A DNA stretch of 64,000 nucleotides. It comes from Eledone cirrhosa. Its lineage: Eukaryota. Made by a program: the position numbers and the translations under genes. The notes below the pieces were generated by a model, which was not told where the DNA came from, did no database searches, and saw only the letters and a list, made by a program, of their open reading frames with translations. The stretch spans positions 250,480,001 through 250,544,000 of the forward strand of contig OZ024743.1 in NCBI GenBank assembly GCA_964016885.1, given 5' to 3'. Below, in pieces: positions 24,396 to 38,031 of this stretch. Position 1 is the first letter of the stretch, and every line of letters starts with the position of its first letter.

Positions 24396-25658
24396 CTTTA
24401 CTTTTATTCTCTATGAGTTTATGGATTTACATTTAACAGAAGAATTGAAGCTTTGACTGTAATAGAAAAGCACTAGAAAATATTACAGGTAGTTTGTGAT
24501 ATTTGAAGCAGAGCAAAATTTAAATATTTTAATCCAAACAATAGCTGTACTAAGATAAAATTGGAAGAAAAAGAAAGGGTTTGTAATACAGCCAGTTTTA
24601 AAAGTACAAAAATGTAAGAACCAAATAAATAACAAAGCAACACAGGAAAAGTAATATAACAGGAGTGAAGTGGTGGGGTATTTAACTATGGAATAAAGCA
24701 ATATAAATGAGTCTGGTTTAAATAGCTTCAGAAAAAGGAGCGGGGTGTGCAATATAATATGATTCCTTCAAAATTCATAAACACAATCTCAAGATTTATT
24801 CACCAAGTTATTAAAATCCTTACAAAATTAAGATTGTATAGAGAAAATGAAATAACAGTCTATTTGATGTTGAGGCTTCTCTATTTTTTGGAAAATATAA
24901 ATCAATCAAAGCATAGAAATTTTTTTGGTTATTTTTGTTGTTCTTTTGTTGTTGTTTTTTAACTTTAAAAAAATCTATTTTTTCCTATGTCTTTATAGTT
25001 TTATATATATTTCTTTACTGTTTTAATTTTTTGAAATTTTCTAAAAAAAAAAAAATTCAAATTTGAATATTTGACAGTTTTGCTCTTACCACAAAACTTA
25101 TATTGGGGGAAATTAAAAAAATATAATGAAATATGAAACGAAAATATAAACAATAGACTGAAATAAAAAATGTGATGAAAGCTACCATTAACAGCCCCAT
25201 CACCTCAAGCATCATCACCTTTTCCACAACCATCACCACCACTACTACTAGCCCCAACACCCCATCATTTTCAGCTTCTCCACAACCACTCCACCACAAC
25301 CATTAGAACTTCCACAACCATCCCCCCACCAGCATCATCACCTTAACAACCACCCCACCATTATCACCACCACCACCAACACCACCACCTTCTCTTCCAC
25401 CACTATCATTGCTATCACAACCACCTCTGCTACCATTACCATGAAAATATCTTCAAAGCCTAGCCCCAAACCAACATCAGCCTTATCCTCACAAGAAGAA
25501 GAAGTTGATGATGATGGTGGTGGTGATAATGATGATGATGATGATGTTGAAAGAAGCAGGTATTTGAAATGAGATATGTCAGGTTGTAATAAATGAATGA
25601 AAAGAATAAATATGATGAAGTTTTATTTTATTCTTATTTTTAATTATTTAATCACATC

Positions 25659-25698
<40 letters not shown>

Positions 25699-26419
25699 TC
25701 TTTTTCTTTTTTCTAAATTTCATATCTATAGGTTTATCTTTTTAGAAATCTTTCATGCATCAGCAACATAATTCCAGATTGTTCATTCTTTATATCCCTA
25801 AGAAATAGATGCAGCTACAATAATTTCAATTTTACAGTCTAATGTAAGTCAGGATTAGCATGTTTATCATACCACTGCAGCATATCGTTAACATTTCATG
25901 TTGTAGATATTATTGTATAGGTAAAGGTGGTGGATTGCTTGTATTGTTACAAGGATAGATAAAAGACTTTGTGGAATTTAGTTACTACTTCCTATACTCT
26001 GAGTTCATATCCCACCGAGCTCAACTTTGACTTTCATTCTTCCAGGATCAATAAAATAAAGTGATACCATCTATCTATATACATACCTCTATGTGTGTAT
26101 ACACACACTTTAAGAATACTTTATAAAACTTTCAAAGTGTTTACAAATAGATTTTAAAAGATTTTTTAATATAAAATGGTTTTCAAACCAAACATACTTG
26201 TATATAAAATAAAGTACCAGTTAAATACAAGGTTGTTACAATCAACTTTTCCATTTCCACCAAATTGTTGGTCTTGTGCCAAACTCACAACGAATTATTA
26301 TTGCATAGGTAGCTGTAGGAACAGAACAGCACAGAGTACAAGAAACACTGGACTTTAGTTAACATTTCCTATTAAGCAGGGGTCAGGTGGCCCATGACAA
26401 GCTTCCCCAAATTTGCCCT

Positions 26420-26990
26420 TCCTCTGTATCACAAAACCCCTAGTTATTATTTCACCTTTATAATGTTTAGCCAGGTCTTCCTCAGTCATCTCCTACCTCT
26501 ACTTCTTTTCACATTCATCTCCATCACTCTTCTCACCCAATCTTTTTCATCCTTCTTCAACACTTGACCCAAACATCTCATTCCATTTCTTTTCATAACA
26601 TCAATCACTAACTCTATTTCTCTCACTGGGTCACTTTCATTCTCCCTCCACATATGACCCAGCCATTTCATTCCATTTCTCTTCACAACATTCATCCTTG
26701 GCTCTATTTCTCTTAGAATCCCTTTCATCCTTCCTCAACACATGACTTAACCATCTCATTCCATTTCTCTCCTCAACATTCATTACTGGTTTTATTTTTC
26801 TCACCCAGTTACTTTCATCATTCCTCAACACATGACCAAACCATTTCATTCCATTTCTCCCCACAACATTCATTACTGGCTCTATTCCCATCACCTTCTG
26901 CAATACAATGTTTGTCTACATCTCTCCATCTCTCTCACCAATACTCCACTCACACAGTGAACCAATTACACTTTCCTTCTATCCAGATTT
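26420..26990 (-). mobile_element. RTE LINE 3' fragment with four ~90-bp tandem copies of the WFGHVLR segment
   Basis: cattccatttct recurs at 26579, 26669, 26757 and 26847. Translations repeat RNGMKWFGHVLR. Confidence 0.82.
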
Positions 26991-28234
26991 CTCTTCAAAA
27001 GACAAGATTCTTTAATTTACAGCTTTTACTTAAAAATGAAAAAAATACATTTAATCCATATATAAATTTCTAATTTATTGATAATTGCTTTCATTTGCGA
27101 TTTGTACGTAATTTGTTTACTATTGATTTTGGAGCCTGAAATTTCTTTTCTGTTTTTTTGTTTTAATTTTGATTTTTTTTATATTTTGGTTATTACTTTA
27201 GATTTATTTTATATTCTTTTATCTATACACTTATACTTGTTTCAATCATTAGACTGTAGCTATACTGAGGCAGTATTATTTTACTGATTTCAGTCATTAC
27301 ACCTTGGCCGTGCTGAAGCACTACTTTTTGATGATTTCAGTTGTTACACCACAGCCATGCTAAGGCTCCATTATTTTATTCATTTCACTCATTAGACTGT
27401 GGCCATGCTGTAATATTGTTTTCAAGAGATTATAAATGTTCACATTTCAAGTTTAGTATGTCTTTAACCAAATTTATTTTATTGAAATGCCAAGTTAAAG
27501 AACATAAATGAACAGTAATGTAATACCCACACAAATGTGTGTATAGAAAGGACTTCTATAAGCTTCTCTCTACAAAACACCACCCACATAGCATTAATCA
27601 ACTCAAGAATATAGGGGAAGCCATTTGCTTAAGGTACCATACAGTGGGACAAAATCTGAAACCCAAGGTTGCAACACCTAACTACTTAACCACACAGCTA
27701 TGCCTATACCTTTATATGAAAATATATCAATGTCATTGTCATTTAACATACATTTTCCATTATATTATATATACATATATTTGTCATTTCTTGAACTATG
27801 CACACACACACGCACATATATATAAACACACACACATATATATATATACATATAATATTTTTCGTTTTTTAATCTTTTTAATAGTATCTTTAAATTCTTT
27901 CCATTTCATTTTCTTTATTTATGAAGGAGGGAAAAAAACAGAAAAAATTTAAAAGACCAATCAAAATAACAAAACAATAGGAACAATTATATAATTAAAT
28001 AAATAAATAAATTGATTAAATAAAATCAAATAGAGACTCACTTTTCTTTCAATGAGAATAATATATTGAGATTAATTTCAAATACAAATCTATTATTCAG
28101 AAACCGAAGTCTAATAGTGGAATTGTATATATTGTGGGGTGGGGAGAGGAAGGGAGATAAGGCGCCAAATGAAAAATTGCAGACCTCCAGCTGATATGTG
28201 TGTGTGCGTGTATATATATATATATATAATTATA

Positions 28235-28275
<41 letters not shown>

Positions 28276-28302
28276 GTGCGTGTCTGTGTGTGTATGTATG
28301 TT

Positions 28303-28337
<35 letters not shown>

Positions 28338-28386
28338 GTGTGTGTGTGTATGTATATATATATATGTATATATATATGTGTGTGTG

Positions 28387-28429
<43 letters not shown>

Positions 28430-28512
28430 GTGCATGTGTGTATGTGTATGTATATATATATATATGTGTGTGTGTGTATGTATATATATATATATATGTG
28501 TGGGTGTGTTTG

Positions 28513-28549
<37 letters not shown>

Positions 28550-28660
28550 ATGATATATATATATATAGGATAGCAATGACGATAATAATAAATATTTATT
28601 TAATCATAATATAACAATAAAACAACATTAACACAAATAATGATAATAATAATAATAACA

Positions 28661-28696
<36 letters not shown>

Positions 28697-29037
28697 GTAA
28701 TAATTTTATTTGCCACAAGGGCACAAAGATATTTATAATTATGATAACAATAAAAGCTTCCATAAAATATTTGAAAACATGATAACAGCAATAATAACAA
28801 CAGGTGGCATAGCAGCAGTGAAAAACAAACATCAAAAACAACAACCACTACCATATCCAAGAGAAATGGAATTAAAAAATGTAATTATGAAGATATTAAT
28901 TACAATATTGTCTAATTATGGGGTATATTGAAAGTGGGTTGTTTATTCTATTGTACAATATGCAGCAAACTGTCACATCTCATGTATTATGCTTTTCTAT
29001 GTTATTTAATTCATATGTGTGAGTGTGTGTGCATGTG

Positions 29038-29093
<56 letters not shown>

Positions 29094-29616
29094 CATGTAT
29101 GTTTGTCAGTATGTATGTATTCATAACTTCTGAGGTAGTTGCAGGGGTGCCAGATTGATATGCAGCATTTCTAGGGCATTCCTTTTTAAAACCTGATGGA
29201 GTCCATCTCTTCTGAATACAGCAGATTTCTTCCAGCGAAGGATAGAGAGTGAGAGAATGGAAATAATAGAAAGCTATAGAGGATGAATTGACCACCATAC
29301 TAGACTGGCACTTTTTTATTTACCTTAAATAAATGAAAGGCGAAGTTGACTTCAGTCAGAGTTGAACTCTGAGACCAGAGATCCAAATGCTGCAAAGCAT
29401 TATAGCCGACATATCGCCTATATATATATATAATAATAATTTTATTTATAGTTATATGTACACTATAATCAACTATAAACAGGAAAGGTCAGTAACTCAT
29501 TACTACCTTATTACCAGTAAGGAAAATAAAAATAGCTCAATGTAAATACATCAGATGCTTTACAGAGCAGGAATATAAATTACACAATAATCAAAACTAT
29601 GTTCAAATCATTTTAT

Positions 29617-29663
29617 TGCTGACAATCGTTTCTTTCAAACTTTTGTTTGAAATCATCAGAGCA
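29617..29663 (-). ncRNA. Type I hammerhead ribozyme (canonical GUC site)
   Basis: Minus strand: tgct-CTGATGA-tttcaaac(aaaa)gtttgaaa-GAAA-cgatt-GTC-agca. Stem I tgct/agca, perfect 8-bp stem II. Confidence 0.85.
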
Positions 29664-29982
29664 CTAGCAAAGTTTGGACATATAATTAACTTCCTATTCA
29701 ATTGAACAATCATAGAGATACATGGATATTAATGTTGTCATCAACAGTTTCGTATTTACAGAGTGGAATGGATGTGACAGAGATTAAAGAGAATTGTATA
29801 ATAATTAAAGAGGCATTAAGGTAGAAAGTTACTCGTAAAACGAGGACACTAGCAGTACATATGCAAGCGTATAGAGAGTGCAAATGCGTTAGGCATATAC
29901 AGGACAGCTAGGTTGATTCCAAACGAAAGTTTGGAAGAAACGATTGTCAGCAATAAAATGATTTGAACATAGTTTTGATTAT

Positions 29983-30074
<92 letters not shown>

Positions 30075-30699
30075 CATATTTAGGAGATTAGTATCGGTGT
30101 ACATATAAAATTATTACAAATAAAATTATTGCATGGAGTAAGATGGTGAGCATGTAAGAGGCATGAAAATGATGATACAATGTAATAAAAGTAAGAAAAG
30201 AGGTCAAAGTTCAAATATCCAAAATACAGTTCACATGTGTACAATCACATGACAGCAGTAAAGAATGTGTTCCAGAGAATGAATGCAGGTGGTTTCTGGT
30301 CTGTGGTATAACGTGAAATTTCTAACTTCCGAAGGGAATTTCTCACAGGCAGAGTGCAGCAGAAATAAATTCTCTGGCTTGTTCTGCTGGTTTTGGTTGT
30401 TGATGAAGCTGTGTTGTTGTTGTTGATGTTGTTGATGTTGTGAATGCGTTGACCTGGAAAGGTCAAGAGGCCAGCGACCAGAGAAATAAGCATTCTTAAT
30501 AAATGCGCGGTTTTCAACGGCAAATTTACGTGGTAAATTTTTAAACCGGCAAATAGAAGAATATAGCTTTAAATGTTCGTTGTAAAAGGAAACGAAAAAC
30601 ACATATATACATCCAGTAAAATGGAAATGAGAGGTATATTGTAATACAATAAATCAATAAATAACAAGAACAGCAACAAAAAAATATAAGGCTCCAGTG

Positions 30700-31560
30700 G
30701 CCAGTTCACATAAAAATAGTTTGGCAGAACTTTTTGGGCCAGTGGACTCTCCGACCGGAACGGGTCGTAGTCTTGTATGTAGGTGAAGGTGGGGCAGAAG
30801 GAGCAGGTGTATGCACAAGAGAGAAAGATTGGGGTATTTGTGGCTCGGGTGTATGAGCGTCATTGTGTGCCCTTTTCAGTCTATCCACCGAAATTGTCTC
30901 TCTGGACCCCTTAACGTCTACAGTGAAATGTTTGTCAGTGCGTGATAACACACGGTAGGGTCCGGAGTATGGTTGTGTGAGGGGTGGTCTCACAGCATCG
31001 TTCCTTACGAACACATGGGTCCACGAGGCAATATCCCTCAGTTTGCTTCCCCGTATCCATCGGCGACAGGTCCTGAAAATAAGAACGCAGACGGGATACG
31101 TAGGAAAGCGGATCTTGGAAAGCAAGATCAACAGGGGCAAGCATTTGCCCAGGCAACGCTAGAGGAGACCGTAAATTAATTCGGCCGGGGAGAACCCAAG
31201 GTCCTCCTTTATTGATGACCGAATTCCTAATAACACAATAGGAAGGTACTCGCTCCAACGTTGAGAGTCTGGATAGGCGCGAAGAGCGGCCTTTAATTGG
31301 CGGTGGAATCGTTCCACCATTCCATTTGAAGCAGGATGATAGGCTGTGGTCCGAATCCGTTGAGCCCCAATTATTTTTGTGAGCTCAGAGAAGAGATGGG
31401 ACTCGAATTGTCTACCACGGTCTGTGGTGAGTGTAGTTGGTACCCAAAGTGGGTAATCCACCCTGATACCAGGGCACGTGCTACAATCTCAGCAGTTATG
31501 TCTTGTAAAGGGTTGGCTTCAAGCCATCGCGAAAAACGATCGACACAGGTCAATATATAT
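30700..31560 (-). pseudogene. Ty3/Gypsy LTR retrotransposon integrase, frameshifted remnant
   Basis: [44 protein letters not shown] (DDE core), GPYRVL (GPY/F module) and TTRSGRRV tail, spread over several frames. Confidence 0.92.
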
Positions 31561-31589
31561 ATGAATATCCACTGCTGAATGGCCAAGGT

Positions 31590-31856
31590 CCAGACATGTC
31601 AATGAGTAGATGAGAGGATGAACCAAAGTTATTAGTTACCGCTTGGTTGCCAGGGTTACACACGCCTGAGGGAAGATCCTGGCGAAAGCCAGGAGGCGCC
31701 TGACCGAAAAGGCGAATGAGAGAGAGAGAGAACTTAAAGTTGTTAGTTTTATAGGGTTCTGACAGGAAGTTACAGAAAGGGTTCTACTTCCTGTCTAGAG
31801 AGCGTTAATCCATTGGGGATGTGAGTGTCACAACAAGGGAGGCAACTCCTGCTACA
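31590..31856 (-). mobile_element. Probable LTR fragment
   Basis: Minus strand starts TGTAGC right after a microsatellite, has ctataaaa (31747-31754) and GC-rich hairpins (cctggc-tttc-gccagg), and adjoins the integrase. No second LTR was identified. Confidence 0.5.
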
Positions 31857-31873
31857 CATATATATATACATAC

Positions 31874-31922
<49 letters not shown>

Positions 31923-31981
31923 CATACATATATATATATATATACATACATACATGTATATACATACATACATGTATATAT

Positions 31982-32012
<31 letters not shown>

Positions 32013-32099
32013 CATATATACATACATACATACATACATACATACATGATGGCTACCCCCTCGTGATCGAGTATGGCCATTGCACGAGGAGAAAGAAAA

Positions 32100-32265
32100 A
32101 AAAAATAATAATAAAAAAATAAAAATAAATAAAAATAAAAATAAAAATAAAAATAAAAATAAAAATAAAAATAAAAATAAAAATAAAAATAAAAATAAAA
32201 ATAAAAATAAAAATAAAAATAAAAATAAAAATAAAAATAAAAATAAAAATAAAAATAAAAAAATA
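32100..32265. repeat. (AAAAAT)n hexanucleotide array
   Basis: Direct repeats of aaaaat. Confidence 0.95.
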
Positions 32266-32348
32266 AATATATATATATATATATATATACATATACATAC
32301 ACATATACACACACACACACACACTCACATACACATATACACACACAT

Positions 32349-32379
<31 letters not shown>

Positions 32380-32469
32380 CAACAATAATAATATACATAT
32401 ACATATATATATACACACACACGCACACACATAAGCATATCTACACACACACACACATACGCACACACA

Positions 32470-35400
32470 CGATAGCAACTAACAGCGCTGCGATCGAATG
32501 TGGCTTTTTAGCCCAGCCAATGATCTAAAATGTTTTGCACAGAGTCGGCAACCAAAACATTCACTGGGAATAGTCGGCTGTGGTTGGAGTTCGTGTACTT
32601 TTGCATGTCGCTTGAGCCCTCCTGCTGATTTACATTCTCTACCACATTTTTGGCAAGCATGATGAGTAGCATCTTTAACAGCAGCCTGGTAGTCAACCAT
32701 AGGTCTTACTTTATGACTGCAAAGATGACTTTCGAGTCCAGCTTTGCTTAGGCAGAGTCTCGCACAGACGCTGCATGTCAGCACCATAGGAGGGCCCTCA
32801 CCATCTGGAAGTGCAACAGCAATGCCCTTCCTCACATCCCGCTTTACTTTCTCGTATGCGATTCGAGATGCCTCAAAGGCAACTTTTCCCTCATATACAG
32901 TCTTTCTCCATTTATTACGATCAGCAGCAATATTCTCCCATGTATCAGCAGAGATGTTAGCGTCTTTCAGAGAGGCTTTCAAGAAATCCTTATACCTCTT
33001 TTTTGGTTTATGTGGCGGTCGTTTTCCTTTAACCATCTCTCCATAAAAGAGTTGTTTTGGTATTCTAGAATCCTTCATCCTGGCAAGGTGACCACTCCAA
33101 CGGAGTCGTTGCTTAAGCACAAGAGCTTCTATACTGTCACACATAGAGCTTTCCAAAATCTCGACATCACTGATGTGGTCCCTCCAGTGAACGCCATGGA
33201 TCCGTCTGAGACACATCTGATGGAAACGCTCCAATTGCTTAAGAGATTTCACTGCCAAGGTTGCCGTATCGATTGACAGTGCTTCCCAGGTAGACAAACT
33301 GATCAACCACTCCAAGTCGTTTGCCATACACATAGATGTTTGGTTCAGTGTACTGCTTACCAGGGGCAGGTTGGTACATGACGACGGTTTTCTTGAGACT
33401 GACAGTCAGACCTAGGGCAGTGCAAGCGTCAGAAAATGCATCCAAAATGTGCTGCATATCACTCTCTGTGTGCGCTAAAAGATCGCAATCATCTGCATAC
33501 AAGAGGTCTCTTATGATTGATGTAAATACTTTTGTCTTCGCAGCAAAGCGCCTGATGTTAAATATGCTGCCTGAGGTTCGATATCGGATGTAAACACCAT
33601 TCTCGCAATTCCTGAATGCAATACAGAAAACCATTGCAAAGTATATGGCAAACAGGTTCGGTGCTGGAATATCCCCCTGTTTTACTCCATTTTTTACTGA
33701 GATAGGCTCCGACATGTTACCCCCGACATTAACCCAAGCCTTCATGTCGTCATGGAAAGACCTAACTAAAGCAAGGAACTTATCAGGGCAACCAAGTTTC
33801 TGGAGAACCTTCCATAATGCATCTCTGTTAACAGTATCGAAATCTTTTGTCAGATCGACAAAAACCTGATACAGATCCAAGCCTTGTTCCATGCACTTCT
33901 CCTGGAGCTGTCTAGCTGAGAAGATCATATCAGTAGTGCCGCGTCCAGCACGAAAACCAGATTGACTTTCAGGAAGAACACAATCTGCAATGTGTGTCAG
34001 CAGACGGTCCAGAAGCACCCTACATAAAACTCTCCCTACGACAGAAAGCAATGATATACCTCTGTAGTTCCCACAATCGTTCCTGTTACCCTTTCCCTTG
34101 TACAAGACCACCATTACTGCATCTCTCCAGTCCTCAGGTACGGATTCATTAGCCCATATCCTGCCAAACAAAGAGTGAAGATGTTGCAGGAGTCTCTCAC
34201 CACCATATTGTAGGAGCTCAGCATGTATGCCATCCATACCTGGAGATCTTCCACTGTTCAGCTTCGAAATAGCCACTGCAACCTCCACAAGCGTCGGAGG
34301 TTCTGCGAGAGCTACTTTCACAGGACTTTCTGGAATGAGATTGAGGAAATCTTCACTGACGACAGACGGCTGATTCAAAAGGTCACCAAAGTGCTCTCGC
34401 CACCTTCGTAGAATTCTTTGTGAGTCACGAAGAAGTTCTTTGCCATCCTTGCTGCGAAGCGGTGTCACCAGAGAAGAAGACGGTCCATAAACCTCACGCA
34501 AGAGACTGTACAACAGCTTTGTGTTATTGGAATCAGACGCAGTTTGTATCTCACCAGCCTTCTCACTCCACCACTGATCCTTCATCTGAGAAAGACTCCG
34601 CCTAACACGTGATTTTACATCCCTGAGTTCCTCATGCAACGTATTCCTCTCCTGTGGTTTTGCCGTCAAGTAGCGTGATAGAGCACGTCTCTTATCAGCC
34701 AACAAGTCTTCTATATGTACATCATTCTCATTAAACCAGTCCTGATGTTTCCTCTGCGCCAATCCCAGAACACGCCTGCCTACATCATAAACCGACTTTT
34801 TAAGGGTCGGCCAATCCTCACCAAGATCTGCAGCCTGCATCTCTTCTTCCAATGTCCTCTTCACATTTTTATCCTTAAGACGAGCAGCATTCAATCTTTT
34901 GGGCAGGGCAACACCAGGAGCCCGGATTTTACGTTTAGTGATTAGTTTCACTTTTGCGCGTACCAGGCGGTGGTCCGTCCAGCACTCAGCTCCACGAAGA
35001 ACACGAACACACTGCACATCCTGTCTGTCACGCATCCTGACTAGGACGTAGTCTAAAAGGTGCCATTCCTTAGATGCAGGATGCATCCATGTGGTCTTGA
35101 ATTTGTTCTTTTGTTGGAACATGGTGTTGATAACACACAGATCCAGCTCCTCACACATCTGCAGCAGGAGCATACCATTGCTGTTACACTTTCCCACCCC
35201 ATGCCTTCCGATTATATTCCATGTGTTAAAATCCCTACCTACTCTAGCATTAAAGTCACCAAGCACGATGACTTTGTCTGCCTGAGGGATATTTCTTAAA
35301 ACACCTTTCAAGGCATGGTAAAAGGACACCTTTTCCTCGTCGACAGAACTCATAGTTGGAGCATACACACTCACCAGGGTAACATATCTTCCCTTGTCCA

Positions 35401-36220
35401 GCGGAACTCTCATGGACATAAGACGCTCACTAATCCCTACTGTGAATTCTTCTAATTTGTTCACAAGTACAGTCTTAACAGCAAATCCTACCCCAGCCTC
35501 CCTTCTGGTTCCTTCATCTCTTCCTTTCCAGAATAATGTATATTCTCCACAAAATTCCGTAAGATGACCATCTCCAGCTAACCTCGTCTCAGATAAAGCC
35601 ACGATGTCAAGATCGTAACGTCGAAGCTCCTTTGCAACAAGAGCGGTCCTTCGTTCAGGACGCTCCAAGGAATCCCTGTCAAGCAGCGTCCGTACGTTCC
35701 AGCAGCCAAGACTAAATGCCTTGTTTGGCTCTATTACAATGGCACGATGACGAGCGGGCCCAGGCTGTGATAACCTGGGGCTCCTGCCCTTATTGCTAAT
35801 GATCTTTTTTGTTCCAGAACCTAAATTGCCAATTATCTCTTTTATATTGTTCTGGAACATCATTGAACTGTAAAAAAAAATAAAAAATAAAAGTAATAAT
35901 AATAGTAATAATGATAATAATAATAATTATAGTACACTATTAATAATTATTAATGCACTCGTGCAATGCCTGTGCGTGACGAATATGTTTAAAGTGAGGA
36001 AAGACTGTGCACTGAGCGACAGTAGCTATAACCCGAAAAGAAGAAAAGATCAACATCATCGGTAACTACTGAGCCGCAGGTTTTATGTCGGTGTTAACCC
36101 AGTTTCCTGAGATGCCTACTCCTAGAAGAATGCCCTGACAAGGGCTAGGGGTTCTTCACTCCCAGTGGTTTAACAGCGCGATCGGGCATCCAGCCCGATT
36201 ATTTCTATGTCCCCGCGCGC
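32470..36220 (-). mobile_element. Near-full-length RTE (BovB/Expander-like) LINE with 5'UTR and one internal deletion
   Basis: EN-RT ORF 33239-35863 plus C-terminal ORF 32479-33333. Structured 5'UTR at ~36095-36220 next to a poly(T). The 3' end runs into (TG)n. Confidence 0.92.
32479..35863 (-). pseudogene. RTE ORF (APE endonuclease, RT and three C2H2 fingers) broken by a deletion/frameshift at ~33240
   Basis: CWNVRTL, LSETR, SVYAPT, GDFNARVG, TDHRLV; NYRGISLL, QSGFR, GVKQG, LYADD, FVYLGS. The usual segment up to YGCETW is missing. The frame resumes at LERFHQMCLRRI, RLRWSGH. Confidence 0.9.
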
Positions 36221-36346
36221 AAAAAAAAAAAAAAAAATCACTTATTGACACTTATACGTACGACATACACACACGCGCATACATATGCGCGCACACAGCA
36301 ACACTCATACATACAAACAAACACACACACGCTACTCTACTCACTT

Positions 36347-36378
<32 letters not shown>

Positions 36379-37239
36379 TACCATCATTACTGATACAAGA
36401 TTACAAGATTATGTCAACTGTTGACTTTCAAGAGTTTGTATAGTTGAAGCCGATCGTACTACAGTTCAGTATTATTATAATTGCTTTACAGCATAGAGTT
36501 ATGGCCCTCCACGCTCTGAGCTTAAATCCCGCCGAGGTCAACCTTGCCTTTCATCCCCACGGAGTCAACAAAAGAGAGTAACAGTGATGCGCTGGGCCAG
36601 TCGCTGGATCCGTGCCAAAAGCAGAAAAATTATTATTAAAGTTGTTTTCTTAAGGCCCGGTCGCTGGTGATGGTGATGGCGGCGGTGATGGCGGTGGTGG
36701 TGGTGGTGGTGGTGGCAGTTGATGTAGTTGTTGTGTTGTCTGCGTGTGTGTGTGTGTTTTGTTATTTTTAGTTTTTTTTTTAGTTTTTTTTAAAAACTTT
36801 TGATGCCGCTATTGTTGTTGTAAATGTTCATTTCAGTTCATTCTGAAGCTGCTGTTGCTGTAAACATTAGTGCCGGTGTTGTTGTTGTAGATGTTGGGGT
36901 TGAAATCTGGTCGTTTGACTGAGTGATGTATATACACACATATACATACATATATCATAAATCATGTCTTTAGAATCATCAGATAATAAAATATATACTA
37001 ATTCTTCTTCTAATTAGCATAATTAACCATATAAAAAATCAATTAGAACAAGCTATAAGAATAAATGCTCTTATGGGGAAATCTCCGACAAATAACCGAA
37101 CGTAGCCTCTTCGCGGCGGCCTCAATCGAGTATTTATCCAACATTTCGACAGCATGTAGAAACTGACTAAATATACCATCAACCATACACAATTAGGTGT
37201 AAAATTAAACTTAGAAGAAATGCGCACATACCGTAATTA

Positions 37240-37318
37240 TATCTCTACCATGGTTTCTTCCTTATTTTTAGACATCTAAATAATAGGAATGTCCTGAGTT
37301 AGGATTCATCAGGAGACA
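37240..37318 (-). ncRNA. Type I hammerhead ribozyme with palindromic stem III
   Basis: Minus strand: tgtctc-CTGATGA-atcct...aggaa-GAAA-CCATGG-TA-gagata. Stem I is 6 bp with one G-U. Confidence 0.82.
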
Positions 37319-38031
37319 AACTCAAAATCAGACATCTAGTTTTTCAATCCGATCCCGCCAAAAATAGATTCAAAAATGGCTAAGAATCGCTATGTGGCTT
37401 TGGTCAAGCCAGAAAGAAAGAATGTGATTGGTTGCTTACGGCGGGTAGGCTTGCTGCTAGAAAGCGCAGCCAAATATCGCCAAATTTAATCTCAACCTAT
37501 TGGGAGATTATTAAATATAAAGGTTAACATATACATAAAGTTATAGATATATTAATTCTTCATAGAGCTTAAAAGTGACCAGTTGCAACATGTATATATA
37601 TCTATAACTTTATGTATATGTATATGAATATCTAGTGTTTGTAATTTATGTCTAGTTGAAAAATTTACCATTATCTCGAATTTCAACTCTATAATAAATA
37701 GGTCTTTGTAATCATAAATCCTTCAAGACCTTTCACAAAGTATATAGCTAATTTCCTATAACATATTCCACGAATAACGGTTAATCTTTTACACATATAT
37801 ATTTTTTACACATATTTTTTTACCATATATGTTTTTCACACATATTTCATTATATTCTACAATGTATTAATTCAGTTTTCTCAGCATATTTTAAGCCTTT
37901 CACCTTTTTTCTATAGCCTTAAATTTTCGTTCAAACCTTCGTAGATTTTGTAAACAAACTATGACGTCATATGTTTTTCTACTTTTATAAATCATTCTAG
38001 CAATTTCCTTTATTTACTTGTTGATATAAAA

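Noticed and set aside
36960-37000. Hammerhead on the minus strand (ttat-CTGATGA-ttcta)
   Set aside because: Truncated by a microsatellite before any GAAA or stem III.
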